Notes under the pieces: generated by a model | What the model saw: the letters and a program-made list of their open reading frames with translations, nothing else | Database searches by the model: none | What the model was told of the DNA's origin: nothing | Source: Minisyncoccota bacterium | GTDB taxonomy: Bacteria; Patescibacteriota; Minisyncoccia; UBA6257 | NCBI GenBank assembly: GCA_035385585.1 | Contig: DAOOKJ010000002.1 | Location: forward strand, 595-64,594 | Direction of reading: 5' to 3' | DNA length: 64,000 bases | Shown here: piece by piece, positions 53,841 to 64,000 of the stretch | Layout of the letters: each line of letters starts with the position of its first letter | Position numbering within the stretch: position 1 is the first letter of the stretch | Position numbers and translations under genes: made by a program

Positions 53841-54349
53841 TCTAACTCTTCTTCTATCTTTTCTATTTCTTGAATTAATGCTTTATTTTGCCTGATGGAA
53901 TCATTCTGAAACCATAAAATGAATTTTTGAAATAATATATGTGCTTGCCATTCTTGACCCCATATTTCCAGACACTCTTGTAAAATGAGTTTAAATTTTT
54001 CAGCTTTTTTTCTGTTATGAAAATCAATTGTAATCTGTTTTATATTCTCTGAATCTTCTTTAGCAGCATTTAAAGCAGAATCCGTCAGCTCCTTCATTTG
54101 GATATCAAAATCTTTCAGAAAATCATCATATAGTTTCAAGTCAGTAATCGTTTTTCCAAAATAAAAAGGTAATATCTCCTCAAAAAAAAACCGCATAATG
54201 GCAGAGGGGTGCCAGTTATTGAACAACGAATGATACAATCCATGCTTAAATCTATTGATCTTTGGAAGTTTATTCTTTTCTTCATCACTTCCCCCAATGC
54301 TCACCGGTACTATATGGTGAGTATCAGTACCGTCCCTTTTCATCTTCAC
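53819..54349 (-). CDS. HNH endonuclease-domain protein
   Basis: HHIVPVSIGGSDEEKN...H motif near the N-terminus. Confidence 0.5.
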   Translation of the reverse strand: MKMKRDGTDTHHIVPVSIGGSDEEKNKLPKINRFKHGLYHSLFNNWHPSAIMRFFFEEILPFYFGKTITDLKLYDDFLKDFDIQMKELTDSALNAAKEDSENIKQITIDFHNRKKAEKFKLILQECLEIWGQEWQAHILFQKFILWFQNDSIRQNKALIQEIEKIEEELDKKSKGQ

Positions 54350-54428
54350 CTCCCGTTTAAAAAATTTTTAAAGAACAAAATTACTCTTTTATTGTATCAG
54401 TTATCCTCTATTTAAGCAATATCAAAAT

Positions 54429-55187
54429 ATGAAAGACTATCTTCAAAGAGCAAAAAAGTGGCTATTAGAAGAAAAATATAATGGCGAGCAGTCTGTACAA
54501 TATTTTAAAGATTTAGAAAAACTAAAAAGAGGAGAGCCTTTAGATTACGTAATCGGTTTTAGAGATTTTTTAAATTGCAAAATTGATTTGTCTTTAAAAC
54601 CTTTAATTCCGCGCGAAGAAACAGAACATTGGTTGGAAAAAATTATCATTGATATCAAAAACAAGTATTCTGGCAAAAAATTAAAAATTTTAGACCTTTT
54701 TAGCGGTTCTGGTTGCGTTGGCATAGCAATTTTAAAACATCTACCGAATTCTCTGGTTGTTTTTGGCGAAAAATCTCCTAAATTTATAAAACAAATTAAA
54801 ATTAATCTAAAAATAAATAAAATAAAGCCTTCCCGCTATAAAATTGTTCAAACAGATATCTATTCAAATATTAAGGGAAAATTTGATTTTATTTTTGCCA
54901 ATCCGCCTTATTTATCTAAACAAAGAATTTCCAAGGTTCAAAAATCGGTTTTAAAATACGAACCGAAAAACGCTTTATTCGCCAAAAACAACGGCTTATA
55001 CTTTATTGAGAGATTAATTAAAACATCAAAAAATTTTCTAAAATCAAAAGGAGAAATGTTCATTGAATTTGACTCCTGGCAGAAAAAGAAAATAGAGAAA
55101 ATTTTAAAAGTAAATCCTTTCTACAATTTTCAATTTTTTAAAGACCAATTCAATCGTTACCGCTACTTAAAACTTACTTTGAAATAA
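54429..55187 (+). CDS. prmC: Release-factor glutamine N5-methyltransferase PrmC/HemK family
   Basis: LDLFSGSGCVG SAM motif, FANPPY. Confidence 0.7.
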   Translation: MKDYLQRAKKWLLEEKYNGEQSVQYFKDLEKLKRGEPLDYVIGFRDFLNCKIDLSLKPLIPREETEHWLEKIIIDIKNKYSGKKLKILDLFSGSGCVGIAILKHLPNSLVVFGEKSPKFIKQIKINLKINKIKPSRYKIVQTDIYSNIKGKFDFIFANPPYLSKQRISKVQKSVLKYEPKNALFAKNNGLYFIERLIKTSKNFLKSKGEMFIEFDSWQKKKIEKILKVNPFYNFQFFKDQFNRYRYLKLTLK

Positions 55188-55387
55188 CACCTTTCTTTTC
55201 TTAATTCTTCCTCTTTTCTTTTTTTAGTGACGATCGTCATTAAAAAAAGAAAAGTTGCAATAAGAAGGTCAAAAATGGTAAGATAGAAAAATAGAATAGA
55301 AAACACAGGGCTCTATTTGAGGGACTTATATAACTTCAAAATAGGGCGCTTTTGTATTTTAGAAATCAGTCTTAGAGTCAGAAAAAA

Positions 55388-57214
55388 ATGTCTATTTTTA
55401 AGTTAAAATCACCGTATAAACCAGCCAGCGGCCAACCTAAGGCTATAAAACAACTGGTAGAAGGAATAAAAAAGGGGTATCGCTTTCAAACCTTAATGGG
55501 AGTCACTGGTTCTGGAAAAACTTTTGTGATGGCTAATACTATTTCTCATTTTGACAAGCCAATTTTAGTAATTGCCCCGAACAAAGCCTTGGCTGCCCAA
55601 CTCTATCATGAGTACAAAACTTTTTTCCCGGCAAATTCGGTTAATTATTTTGTCTCTTATTATGATTATTACCAGCCAGAAGCATATCTGCCAATTACTG
55701 ATACTTATATTGAAAAAGAGGCCCTTATTAATGAACAAATAGATAAATTAAGGCATAAAGCAACGTCTGCTTTAATGACGCGGCGCGATGTCATTATCGT
55801 GGCTTCAGTTTCTTGCATTTATAACTTAGGAGTGCCTTTAAACTATTTTGCTTCTGCAATTCATTTGGAAATAGAAAAACCAATTACCCGCGGAGACCTA
55901 ATCAGGCAACTAATAAAAATCCAATTCACTCGCACCAATAGCGATTTGAAACCGGGTTATTTCAGAGTAAGAGGAGATGTTTTTGAAATTATGCCTATAA
56001 CAGGGGAGGTAATTTATTATGTTGAAATTAAAGACCAAAAAATTTATGAGATAAATCTACTTGCCCCCCTAACCAGAAAAATCATTGAGAAGTTAAAGGA
56101 AGCGGTGATTTTTCCAGTCAAACATTTTATTTCACTAGAACCTCAAAGAGAAAAAGCAATTGAAGAAATTAAAAAAGAACTAAAAGAAAGGTTAGATTAC
56201 TTTAATAAAAATAAACTTTATTTAGAGGCAGAAAGGTTGGAAAGAAGAACAAAGTACGACATTGAAATGATTAAGACTTTAGGCTATTGCCATGGCATTG
56301 AAAATTATTCAAGACATTTGACTGGCAAACTAATGGGCGACCCACCGGATACTTTGCTTTCATATTTTCCTTCTAAAAATGGCAAACCTGACTTCCTGAC
56401 AATTATTGACGAATCTCATATTTCTATTCCTCAAATCAGAGGAATGTATGAAGGTGACCGTTCAAGAAAAGAAATTTTAGTCCAATACGGCTGGCGTTTG
56501 CCATCTGCTTTAGATAACCGGCCTTTAAAATTTGAGGAGTTTTTGGAAAGAACTGAACAGATAATTTTTACTTCTGCCACTCCCGGCGATTTTGAACAAA
56601 AGAATTCTAAACAAATTGTAGAATTGATTATTAGGCCAACCGGCCTTGTTGATCCGCCAATTGAAGTCCGGCCAGTCTTTAACAAAGAAACTAATTACAG
56701 CCAAATTGATGATGTGGTAAAAGAATTAGAAATGATAGAAAAGAAAGGGGAACGAGCAATTGTCAATGTTTTGACTAAAAAAATGGCCGAAGAATTGACT
56801 GATTATCTTTTAAGAAAAAATATCAAGGCAAATTATCTGCATTCTGATATTAAAACTTTTCAGCGAGCGGAAATTTTAACCAAGTTCAGAGAAGGAGAAT
56901 TTAATGTTTTAGTCGGAGTCAACCTTTTAAGAGAAGGGCTTGATTTGCCTGAAGTCACTTTGGTGGCAATTTTAAATGCTGACCAAGAAGGATTTTTAAG
57001 AAGCGAATCTTCTTTAATTCAAACAATGGGAAGAACTGCCAGAAATATCAACGGCAAAGTTCTTCTTTATGCTGATAACTTAACCGGCTCAATTAGAAAA
57101 GCAGTTAAAGAAACTCAGAGGAGAAGAAAAATCCAATTGGCATACAATAAAAAACACCATATTACGCCGGAAAGCATCCATAAAAAAGTAGAGGAATTGA
57201 TTACTTTTGATTAA
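55388..57214 (+). CDS. uvrB: Excinuclease ABC subunit B
   Basis: GVTGSGKTF, helicase motifs, UvrB domain order. Confidence 0.9.
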   Translation: MSIFKLKSPYKPASGQPKAIKQLVEGIKKGYRFQTLMGVTGSGKTFVMANTISHFDKPILVIAPNKALAAQLYHEYKTFFPANSVNYFVSYYDYYQPEAYLPITDTYIEKEALINEQIDKLRHKATSALMTRRDVIIVASVSCIYNLGVPLNYFASAIHLEIEKPITRGDLIRQLIKIQFTRTNSDLKPGYFRVRGDVFEIMPITGEVIYYVEIKDQKIYEINLLAPLTRKIIEKLKEAVIFPVKHFISLEPQREKAIEEIKKELKERLDYFNKNKLYLEAERLERRTKYDIEMIKTLGYCHGIENYSRHLTGKLMGDPPDTLLSYFPSKNGKPDFLTIIDESHISIPQIRGMYEGDRSRKEILVQYGWRLPSALDNRPLKFEEFLERTEQIIFTSATPGDFEQKNSKQIVELIIRPTGLVDPPIEVRPVFNKETNYSQIDDVVKELEMIEKKGERAIVNVLTKKMAEELTDYLLRKNIKANYLHSDIKTFQRAEILTKFREGEFNVLVGVNLLREGLDLPEVTLVAILNADQEGFLRSESSLIQTMGRTARNINGKVLLYADNLTGSIRKAVKETQRRRKIQLAYNKKHHITPESIHKKVEELITFD

Positions 57215-57219
57215 ATTCT

Positions 57220-59736
57220 ATGGAGGATGAAATAATTATTAAAGGAGCAAGAGTTCATAATCTAAAAAATATCAACTTAAGGTTGCCAAAAAATAAGTTG
57301 ATTGTTTTTAGCGGTGTATCTGGAAGCGGCAAGTCTTCTTTGGCTTTTGATACTATTTTTGCTGAAGGCCAGCGTCGTTATTTGGAATCTTTATCTCCTT
57401 ATGCGAGACAATTTTTGGGTCAAATGGACAAACCAGATGTTGATGAAATTTTGGGCCTTTCGCCGGCAATCGCCATTGACCAAAAAGCCCTTTCCCACAA
57501 TCCTCGCTCAACTGTCGGCACTCTAACAGAAATCTACGATTATTTAAGAGTGCTTTTTGCCAGAATGGGAGAAGTATTTTGTCCTTTATGCGGAGAGAAA
57601 ATTCAAAAACTCTCTTTAGATGAAATGACAGACATTATTAAAGAAAAGGCGAAAAGCGTAAAAAATAAAACTGTTACCGTTCTTTCACCTGTTATTCGCG
57701 GCAGGAAAGGGGAGTATTATCAAATGCTTTATGACTTTCTATCATTAGGTTATTCATTTGCTTACATTGATTCAAAAAAATATTCTCTTCATGATAAAAT
57801 TGAACTGTCGCGTTATAAAAATCACACTATTGAAATTGTCATTGACACTGTCTCAATTGACGATGAATCGCGACTTTTTGAAGCAATAGAAAACGCGGTA
57901 AATTATAGCAAAGGTTTGGTGAAAGTAACTTTTGAAAAAGAAAAACCGCCTCAGAAAATAAAAGAAACTCTTCTTTTATCAAGCCTCTGGACTTGTCCCG
58001 AAGATAATTTTGCTTTTCCCGAAGTTGAACCACGCCTTTTTTCCTTTAACAGTCCTTATGGCGCCTGTCCTGCTTGCCATGGTTTGGGAAAAGAAGATAT
58101 TTTTACCAATGAAATCTGCCCAGTTTGCAAAGGAAAAAGATTAAAGCCAGAAGCTTTAGTCGTAAAAATCAATGGCAAGAATATTTGTGAATTAACCAAC
58201 TTATCAATTGACCAACTCTATTTATTTTTTAATAAATACGAAGCAAATTTAAAAGAAAAAGAAAAAATTATTTCTGCTGATTTAATTAAAACGATTAAAG
58301 AAAGATTAAAATTTTTAAGCGAAGTCGGGCTTTCTTATTTAAGTTTAAACCGGGAAGCAGAAACGCTTTCTGGCGGAGAAGCCCAAAGAATCAGATTGGC
58401 TTCCCAAATTGGCTCTCAACTTTCAAATGCTCTATATGTTTTGGACGAGCCAACAATAGGCCTTCATGAAAGAGATACTGACAAATTAATTAAAATTTTA
58501 GAAACTCTTAAAAAAAGAAACAATACTATTATTGTCGTTGAACACGATGAAAAAACAATTTATTCTTCGGATTATTTAGTAGATTTGGGGCCGGGAGCAG
58601 GAATTGAAGGCGGTTATATTACGGCAAGCGGTAAAACAGAAGAATTAATCGAAAACGAAAAGAAATACCAATCTTTAACTTTAGATTATTTAAGGGATAA
58701 AAGAACAGTCTTTGTTCAGAATCCTTTAAGGGGGCAATTGACAGAGAAACTTAAAATAATCGGCGCCAAGGCGAATAATTTAAAAAATATTAACGTTGAA
58801 ATTCCTTTAAGAAAATTAGTAGTTGTCACTGGCGTTTCTGGCAGCGGAAAATCATCTTTAATTTATGATGTCTTGTATAAAAATCTTGTTAATCTTATTT
58901 ATCGCCTTCCTCAGGATTTAAAAAATGTTTCAAAAATTTTAGGCAGTGAATACTTAGACAGGGTAGTAATGGTTACTCAGGCGCCGATTGGCCGAACTCC
59001 GCGTTCAAATCCCGCTACTTATACGGGAATTTTTACTCCAATTCGCGAATTTTACGCTTCTTTGGAAGAAGCCAGACAAAGAGGCTATCATGCCTCACGA
59101 TTTTCATTTAATGTTAAAGGCGGCCGTTGCGAAGCCTGCGAAGGAGCAGGCTACAAATTAATTGAAATGCATTTCCTGCCGCCTATTCTGGTGGAATGTG
59201 AAGTTTGCCACGGAAAAAGATTTAATCGGGAAACCTTACAAGTAAAATATCAGGGAAAAAATATTAGCGAAGTGTTAGAGTTAACAGTAGAGGAAGCGCT
59301 TAAATTTTTTGAAGGAATTTATCCTATTACCGAAAAATTACAAGTTTTGAAAGAAGTCGGCTTGGGTTACATTAAATTGGGACAATCAGCCACTACTCTT
59401 TCTGGCGGAGAAGCCCAAAGAATTAAATTGGCGCGCGAACTTACCCATCCATTAGGAAGAAGAGTGCTTTATCTTTTAGATGAACCGACAGTCGGTCTTC
59501 ATTACTATGACATAGAAATGCTTCTCAAAGTTTTAATAAAATTGATTGAAAAAGGAAATTCAGTAGTTATGATTGAGCATAATATGCATGTAATTAAATG
59601 CGCGGATTATATTGTTGATTTGGGACCAGAGGGCGGTGAAAAAGGAGGAAAATTAATTATTGAAGGAACTCCCCAGGAGATTGTAAAGACAAAAAACTCT
59701 TATACTGGTCAGTATCTGAAACATTACTTAAAATAA
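57220..59736 (+). CDS. uvrA: Excinuclease ABC subunit A
   Basis: Two ABC ATPase modules (GVSGSGKSS x2) and zinc fingers. Confidence 0.9.
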   Translation: MEDEIIIKGARVHNLKNINLRLPKNKLIVFSGVSGSGKSSLAFDTIFAEGQRRYLESLSPYARQFLGQMDKPDVDEILGLSPAIAIDQKALSHNPRSTVGTLTEIYDYLRVLFARMGEVFCPLCGEKIQKLSLDEMTDIIKEKAKSVKNKTVTVLSPVIRGRKGEYYQMLYDFLSLGYSFAYIDSKKYSLHDKIELSRYKNHTIEIVIDTVSIDDESRLFEAIENAVNYSKGLVKVTFEKEKPPQKIKETLLLSSLWTCPEDNFAFPEVEPRLFSFNSPYGACPACHGLGKEDIFTNEICPVCKGKRLKPEALVVKINGKNICELTNLSIDQLYLFFNKYEANLKEKEKIISADLIKTIKERLKFLSEVGLSYLSLNREAETLSGGEAQRIRLASQIGSQLSNALYVLDEPTIGLHERDTDKLIKILETLKKRNNTIIVVEHDEKTIYSSDYLVDLGPGAGIEGGYITASGKTEELIENEKKYQSLTLDYLRDKRTVFVQNPLRGQLTEKLKIIGAKANNLKNINVEIPLRKLVVVTGVSGSGKSSLIYDVLYKNLVNLIYRLPQDLKNVSKILGSEYLDRVVMVTQAPIGRTPRSNPATYTGIFTPIREFYASLEEARQRGYHASRFSFNVKGGRCEACEGAGYKLIEMHFLPPILVECEVCHGKRFNRETLQVKYQGKNISEVLELTVEEALKFFEGIYPITEKLQVLKEVGLGYIKLGQSATTLSGGEAQRIKLARELTHPLGRRVLYLLDEPTVGLHYYDIEMLLKVLIKLIEKGNSVVMIEHNMHVIKCADYIVDLGPEGGEKGGKLIIEGTPQEIVKTKNSYTGQYLKHYLK

Positions 59737-59742
59737 TTTCTT

Positions 59743-60936
59743 ATGGCATCTCTCAAAGAACAAGTTAAAAAATTTCCAAAATCAAGCGGCGTTTATCTCT
59801 TTTTGGATAAAAACGGCAAAGTGCTATACGTCGGCCGGGCAACCTCTTTAAGAAAAAGAGTTCTAAATTACTTTGAAAAAGGATTGGAGCCAAGAATTTC
59901 TGAAATGGTCGGACTGGCGAAAAAGGTCAACTGTATTAAAACTAACAACCTTTTAGAGGCAGTAATTTTAGAAGCAAATTTAATCAAAAAATATTGGCCA
60001 AAATATAATATTAAAGAAAAAGACAACCGCTCTTTTATTTATCTGGTGATTTCTAAAAAAGACTTTACTTATCCAATTATTGCCAGAGGCCAGGAACTAA
60101 AAAAATTTCCGGCGGAAAAAGCGGAAATCTTCGGCCCTTATCAAAGTTTAACTATCGTTAATAATGCTTTAAAAATTTTGCGGCGTTTTTTCCCTTATAG
60201 CACCTGTAAAATTAATTCTGGCAAACCTTGTTTTAATTACCAAATAGGACTCTGTCCCGGCGCCTGTATTGGCGCCATCTCAAAAGAAGATTATCAAAAA
60301 AACATAAATAATTTGATTCTCTTTTTAAAAGGCGAAAATAAAAAACTTTTTAAAATTATTGCCAAAGAAAATCCGGAAAAACTGAAAGCATTAAAGCATA
60401 TTCAGGACGCGGCTTTAATTTCAAAAGAAGATTATTATTTAAAGCAAAACCTTTATCGGATTGAAGGCTATGACATTTCTTATTTTCAAGGGAAAATTCC
60501 TTATGGTTCAATGGCAGTTTTTATAAATTCAAAAAAATCGCCTTCTGACTATCGAATTTTTAAAATCAAAGAGGCGCAGCCAAAAAATGACCTAGAGGCT
60601 TTAGCCGAAGTTATCAGAAGAAGATTGAAACATTCGGAATGGAGATTGCCGGATTTAATTGTGATTGACGGCGGGAAACCTCAAGTAGATTATTTGTCAA
60701 AACTATTTAAACAATTACAAGTAAAAATTCCTTTTGTTGGGATTTCAAAATACCGAAACGACAAGTCCCACAACTTTTCTGCGAGAAGTCAGGACAAGTT
60801 TGTTTTTCCAAAAAATACAAAGACCACGGTTAAAAATTTAATTGAAAGTCAAAAAAACACTTTGCTAAAGGTGCGAGATGAAGCCCATCGTTTTGCGCTA
60901 AAATTTTCCAGAAAAACCATTAACTTGAAAAAATGA
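59743..60936 (+). CDS. uvrC: Excinuclease ABC subunit C, short form (GIY-YIG + UvrBC-interacting region; C-terminal HhH region absent)
   Basis: GVYLFLDKNGKVLYVGRATSLRKRV GIY-YIG motif; only 397 aa. Confidence 0.7.
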   Translation: MASLKEQVKKFPKSSGVYLFLDKNGKVLYVGRATSLRKRVLNYFEKGLEPRISEMVGLAKKVNCIKTNNLLEAVILEANLIKKYWPKYNIKEKDNRSFIYLVISKKDFTYPIIARGQELKKFPAEKAEIFGPYQSLTIVNNALKILRRFFPYSTCKINSGKPCFNYQIGLCPGACIGAISKEDYQKNINNLILFLKGENKKLFKIIAKENPEKLKALKHIQDAALISKEDYYLKQNLYRIEGYDISYFQGKIPYGSMAVFINSKKSPSDYRIFKIKEAQPKNDLEALAEVIRRRLKHSEWRLPDLIVIDGGKPQVDYLSKLFKQLQVKIPFVGISKYRNDKSHNFSARSQDKFVFPKNTKTTVKNLIESQKNTLLKVRDEAHRFALKFSRKTINLKK

Positions 60937-60954
60937 AATAAAAATCAAAGAAAT

Positions 60955-61560
60955 TTGTATAATTATATGAAGGCAAATAGCAATTTTCCCCAAAAAGAAG
61001 CCATTTCTGATGAACAAATCGCCACTAGCGTTCAGAAAGGAAATTTAGAAGATTTCGGTGAATTAGTACTAAGATATGGTAAGAAAATCCAGAACTATCT
61101 TTTTAGATTTATTCAAACTAAAGAGGAAGTAGAAGACTTAACTCAGGACATTTTTTTAAAGGCCTATTCAAATATTTTAAGTTTCAATCCAAAGAAAAAA
61201 TTCACTCCCTGGCTTTATCAAATAGCCCACAATGAGTTAGTCAATTATTTAAGAAAAAAACATTATCTTTCAACAAAATTTATCAATTTAGATTTAGATA
61301 TTTTGGCCGCGAAAAGTGTATCGAAAAATGACATTCTAAAAGATTTAGAAAACAATTTAAAATTTGAATTAATAGACAAAAACCTGAATAAATTAAATTT
61401 TAAATATCGCCAGCCATTTGTTTTGTTTTTCTATGAGAATCTTTCTTATCAGGAAATTTCCGACATCTTAAAAATACCTATCTCCACTGTTGGAACCAGA
61501 ATCAAAAGAGCAAAAGAAATTATAAAAAAATCCGTTAATAATTCAGAATCTTTTTATTAA
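60955..61560 (+). CDS. ECF-subfamily sigma-70 factor
   Basis: Region 2 (DLTQDIFLKAY...WLYQIAHN) and region 4 HTH (LSYQEISDILKIPISTVGTRIKRA). Confidence 0.8.
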   Translation: MYNYMKANSNFPQKEAISDEQIATSVQKGNLEDFGELVLRYGKKIQNYLFRFIQTKEEVEDLTQDIFLKAYSNILSFNPKKKFTPWLYQIAHNELVNYLRKKHYLSTKFINLDLDILAAKSVSKNDILKDLENNLKFELIDKNLNKLNFKYRQPFVLFFYENLSYQEISDILKIPISTVGTRIKRAKEIIKKSVNNSESFY

Positions 61561-61564
61561 ATTT

Positions 61565-62338
61565 ATGGAAAAAGAAGAGACTGAAAAAAAAGAGACTAAT
61601 AACACCCCAAAATTGAAAGAAACAATTCTTGCTCAAATTAAAAATGGGAAAGTAAAAATAAAATCTAAATTTTCTTTTATTTTAAAAGACATCCTTCTAA
61701 TAGCGGGCATAATCGCTTTAATTCTTTTGGCGTGGTTTATTTTAAGTTTTGTTTTCTTTGTTTTAAAAGTTAAAGGGTTATCTTTTCTTCCCCAGATAGG
61801 CCTAATCGGCTTAAAAATATTTCTGATAAATCTTCCTTGGCTATTAATTCTTATTGTTTTGTTAATTCTAATAGTCTTGGAATTATTTGCCAAAAATTTG
61901 GCAGTGGTTTACCGAAAGCCGCTCCTTATTTCTTTTTTCGTGCTCTTTGGCTTAATTTTGATTGGCAGTCTAATTCTAAACAGAACATCCCTTCATCCTC
62001 GCTTTTTTTCTCAGTCTAAAAAGCAGATGCCCCCGCCAGTTTATGGTTATTTTTATAGAAGAATCGGACCCCAAAAACCTCCGCCTTATTTTCAATCCTT
62101 TGTCTGGCGTGGTAATATAAAAGAACTCACAAACAAAGGATTTATCTTGGAAACTTATTTTGGCGAAATATTGGAAGTTCAAACCTCTACTTTAAAGAAA
62201 CCTTTGGCCGAACCTTTAAAAATAGGGGATTCAGTGGCAGTAATTGGAAAAAAGAAAGGAACCATTATTGAAGCGGAAAAAATTTTAAAAACCGAAGATA
62301 TTTTTAGAAAACCTCTCCCAGAAAATAAAAAAATTTAA
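61565..62338 (+). CDS. Membrane protein, candidate anti-sigma factor by position
   Basis: Directly downstream of the ECF sigma gene; several TM helices. Confidence 0.4.
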   Translation: MEKEETEKKETNNTPKLKETILAQIKNGKVKIKSKFSFILKDILLIAGIIALILLAWFILSFVFFVLKVKGLSFLPQIGLIGLKIFLINLPWLLILIVLLILIVLELFAKNLAVVYRKPLLISFFVLFGLILIGSLILNRTSLHPRFFSQSKKQMPPPVYGYFYRRIGPQKPPPYFQSFVWRGNIKELTNKGFILETYFGEILEVQTSTLKKPLAEPLKIGDSVAVIGKKKGTIIEAEKILKTEDIFRKPLPENKKI

Positions 62339-62349
62339 TAATTAAACTT

Positions 62350-64000
62350 ATGGCTCATAATTCTTCAAACTTCATAAAAAAATTAGCGAAAAACAAAATT
62401 TTCATTTTTGCTTTAGTCGTCATAGTTATCCTTGGCGGTTATTTTATCTATAAAAAAACTGCTAATAAGGAGGAAACTAAATATATCATCGGTCAAGTTT
62501 CCAAAGGAACAATCAACAAAATCGTTTCTGGCAGCGGTTATATAACCATTCCTGACCAATTAGATGTCAAATCCAAAATCGGGGGAGAGGTCGTTTATAT
62601 TAACGTTCAAAACAATTCTTTTGTTAGCGCCGGAACAACAATTTTAAAAATAGATTCAAAAAATTACGAGAAACAGGTTGATGACGCTCAATTCAGTTTA
62701 GAAATGGCTCAAATGTCTCTTGAAAAATTAATCTCTCAAAAAGAACAAACAACAAATGACTTAAATAAAGCCTACGAAGATGCTTTCCAGAATCTCTCCA
62801 CAATTTATGGCGCTCTTCCTTCCTTGATAACCAATATTAAAGAGATTTTTGAATCGGAAACAAAAAGAGAAATAAACCTAAAAGATTTGGATTTTTACAG
62901 CCAGGTTGTCGGCTTCTACAATAATTTGCCTTATACTCAAAATCAACAAATAGATTCTTTTAAAAAACTTTTGAATGAATATTATGATTTATTCAGAAAA
63001 TATCAATTATTGAAACTGCCCGTAGAGCATAACGATTTTGACAATTTTCTAAATTCTACTTACTACACCATTAAAAATTTATTTGATTTAATCAGGAACA
63101 ACCGTGATATTGTTCTCTCTTATAAAGATTTACACGACAATCATTCAATTTTTACCGACATTCCGATGGCCATTACCAATTCCCAGCTTGACTCCTTATC
63201 ACAAGCCACAGCGAGTTTAAACCAATACATAAACACCATTACTTCAAATAAAAATACAATTGATAAATACAAAACTACCCTTAAAAATTACGAACAGGAT
63301 ATTAAAAACCAAGAGTATTCAATTAAGCAAAAAGAAAATGCCCTGAAAGAAGCCAAAGATAATCTTGAAAATTGTTATGTGAGAGCGCCTTTAAGCGGAA
63401 CCCTGACAAATTTTGAAATTAAAAAGGGCGATCTAATTTCTAGTAATACCACTATCGGGACTTTAATTACCAAAAATAAAGTGGCAGAAATTACCTTAAC
63501 AGAAATAGACGCGGCTTTGGTGAAAGAAGGACAATCAGTCACTCTTACTTTTGACGCTTTGCCAGAAGTAATTTTAAAAGGTCGGGTAACTGAAGTTGGG
63601 TTATTAGGCCAGACATCGCAGGGAGTAGTTTCTTATCCAGTTAAGATTTCCATTGAATCTTCGCCTGATTTAGAAAAAGTAAAAGCCTCAATGACAGTTG
63701 ATGCCAATATCATCGTAGAAGGGAAAAGTAATATTTTAACTATTCCCCTTACCGCTCTCAAAACAAAAAATGGAAAAAGTTTTGTTGAAATCCCTGATGA
63801 AGCAGATTTAACTTTAATAAAATCGCAAACATCAACCAATCAAAAACAACGCCCACAAAAAACAGTTACTTTAAAGTTGCCGCCTAAAGAAAAATTTGTT
63901 GAAACTGGAATAAGCGATGAAGAAAATATAGAAATAACCTCTGGCTTAAATGAAGGAGATTATATCATTATTCAAACTATCACTCCAAATCAAAACACTT
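62350..64000 (+). CDS. HlyD/MacA-family periplasmic adaptor (efflux membrane-fusion protein), 3' partial; not in the ORF track because it has no stop inside the window
   Basis: ATG 62350, frame stays open to the window end; N-terminal TM, coiled coil, CYVRAPLSGTL beta-barrel motif. Confidence 0.7.
   Translation, partial: MAHNSSNFIKKLAKNKIFIFALVVIVILGGYFIYKKTANKEETKYIIGQVSKGTINKIVSGSGYITIPDQLDVKSKIGGEVVYINVQNNSFVSAGTTILKIDSKNYEKQVDDAQFSLEMAQMSLEKLISQKEQTTNDLNKAYEDAFQNLSTIYGALPSLITNIKEIFESETKREINLKDLDFYSQVVGFYNNLPYTQNQQIDSFKKLLNEYYDLFRKYQLLKLPVEHNDFDNFLNSTYYTIKNLFDLIRNNRDIVLSYKDLHDNHSIFTDIPMAITNSQLDSLSQATASLNQYINTITSNKNTIDKYKTTLKNYEQDIKNQEYSIKQKENALKEAKDNLENCYVRAPLSGTLTNFEIKKGDLISSNTTIGTLITKNKVAEITLTEIDAALVKEGQSVTLTFDALPEVILKGRVTEVGLLGQTSQGVVSYPVKISIESSPDLEKVKASMTVDANIIVEGKSNILTIPLTALKTKNGKSFVEIPDEADLTLIKSQTSTNQKQRPQKTVTLKLPPKEKFVETGISDEENIEITSGLNEGDYIIIQTITPNQNT

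Overview
64 kb of low-GC, densely coding bacterial DNA. Gene content and style point to a Patescibacteria/CPR-like organism (inference): a type IV pilus cluster, small streamlined housekeeping proteins, few Shine-Dalgarno sequences, standard genetic code with TGA used as a stop. Left to right the window holds: (1) a type IV pilus block with pilB (5' partial), pilC, four pilin-like genes with long K/Y/F-rich leaders, a four-helix-bundle gene and a PilM/PilN-like fusion; (2) a long plus-strand housekeeping and cell-shape run: beta-CASP RNase, folD, an amidohydrolase, mreB, holB, frr, an S2P protease, proS, a second mreB, mreC, mreD, PBP2, greA, lysS, serS; (3) a T4CP-like ATPase operon facing a minus-strand 3-gene operon; (4) dnaX, tRNA-Gln, a cupin, dcd and tRNA-Asn, followed by a ~7.5 kb accessory stretch. 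The most unusual locus sits in that stretch: an XRE C-protein-like gene plus a 179-aa gene, converging on a 513-aa in-frame fusion of a complete LexA repressor (winged helix, Ala-Gly cleavage site, S24 Ser/Lys peptidase) to a Dam-family (D12) N6-adenine methyltransferase, with a divergent small GIY-YIG nuclease gene. I read this as a candidate SOS-coupled restriction-modification module. Further right come a PEP-utilising-enzyme homologue with an unknown C-terminal domain, a heterodimeric ABC exporter, an MliC-domain protein, an MFS transporter, a VanY-like carboxypeptidase, murF, ddl, prmC, uvrB, uvrA, a short uvrC, an ECF sigma factor and a 3'-partial HlyD-family adaptor. Several intergenic repeat families (REP-like hairpins with or without a ~110-nt GC-rich insert, a ~50-bp imperfect palindrome in three copies, a paired two-hairpin element flanking one gene, and duplicated promoter-operator modules) are not explained by the coding features.
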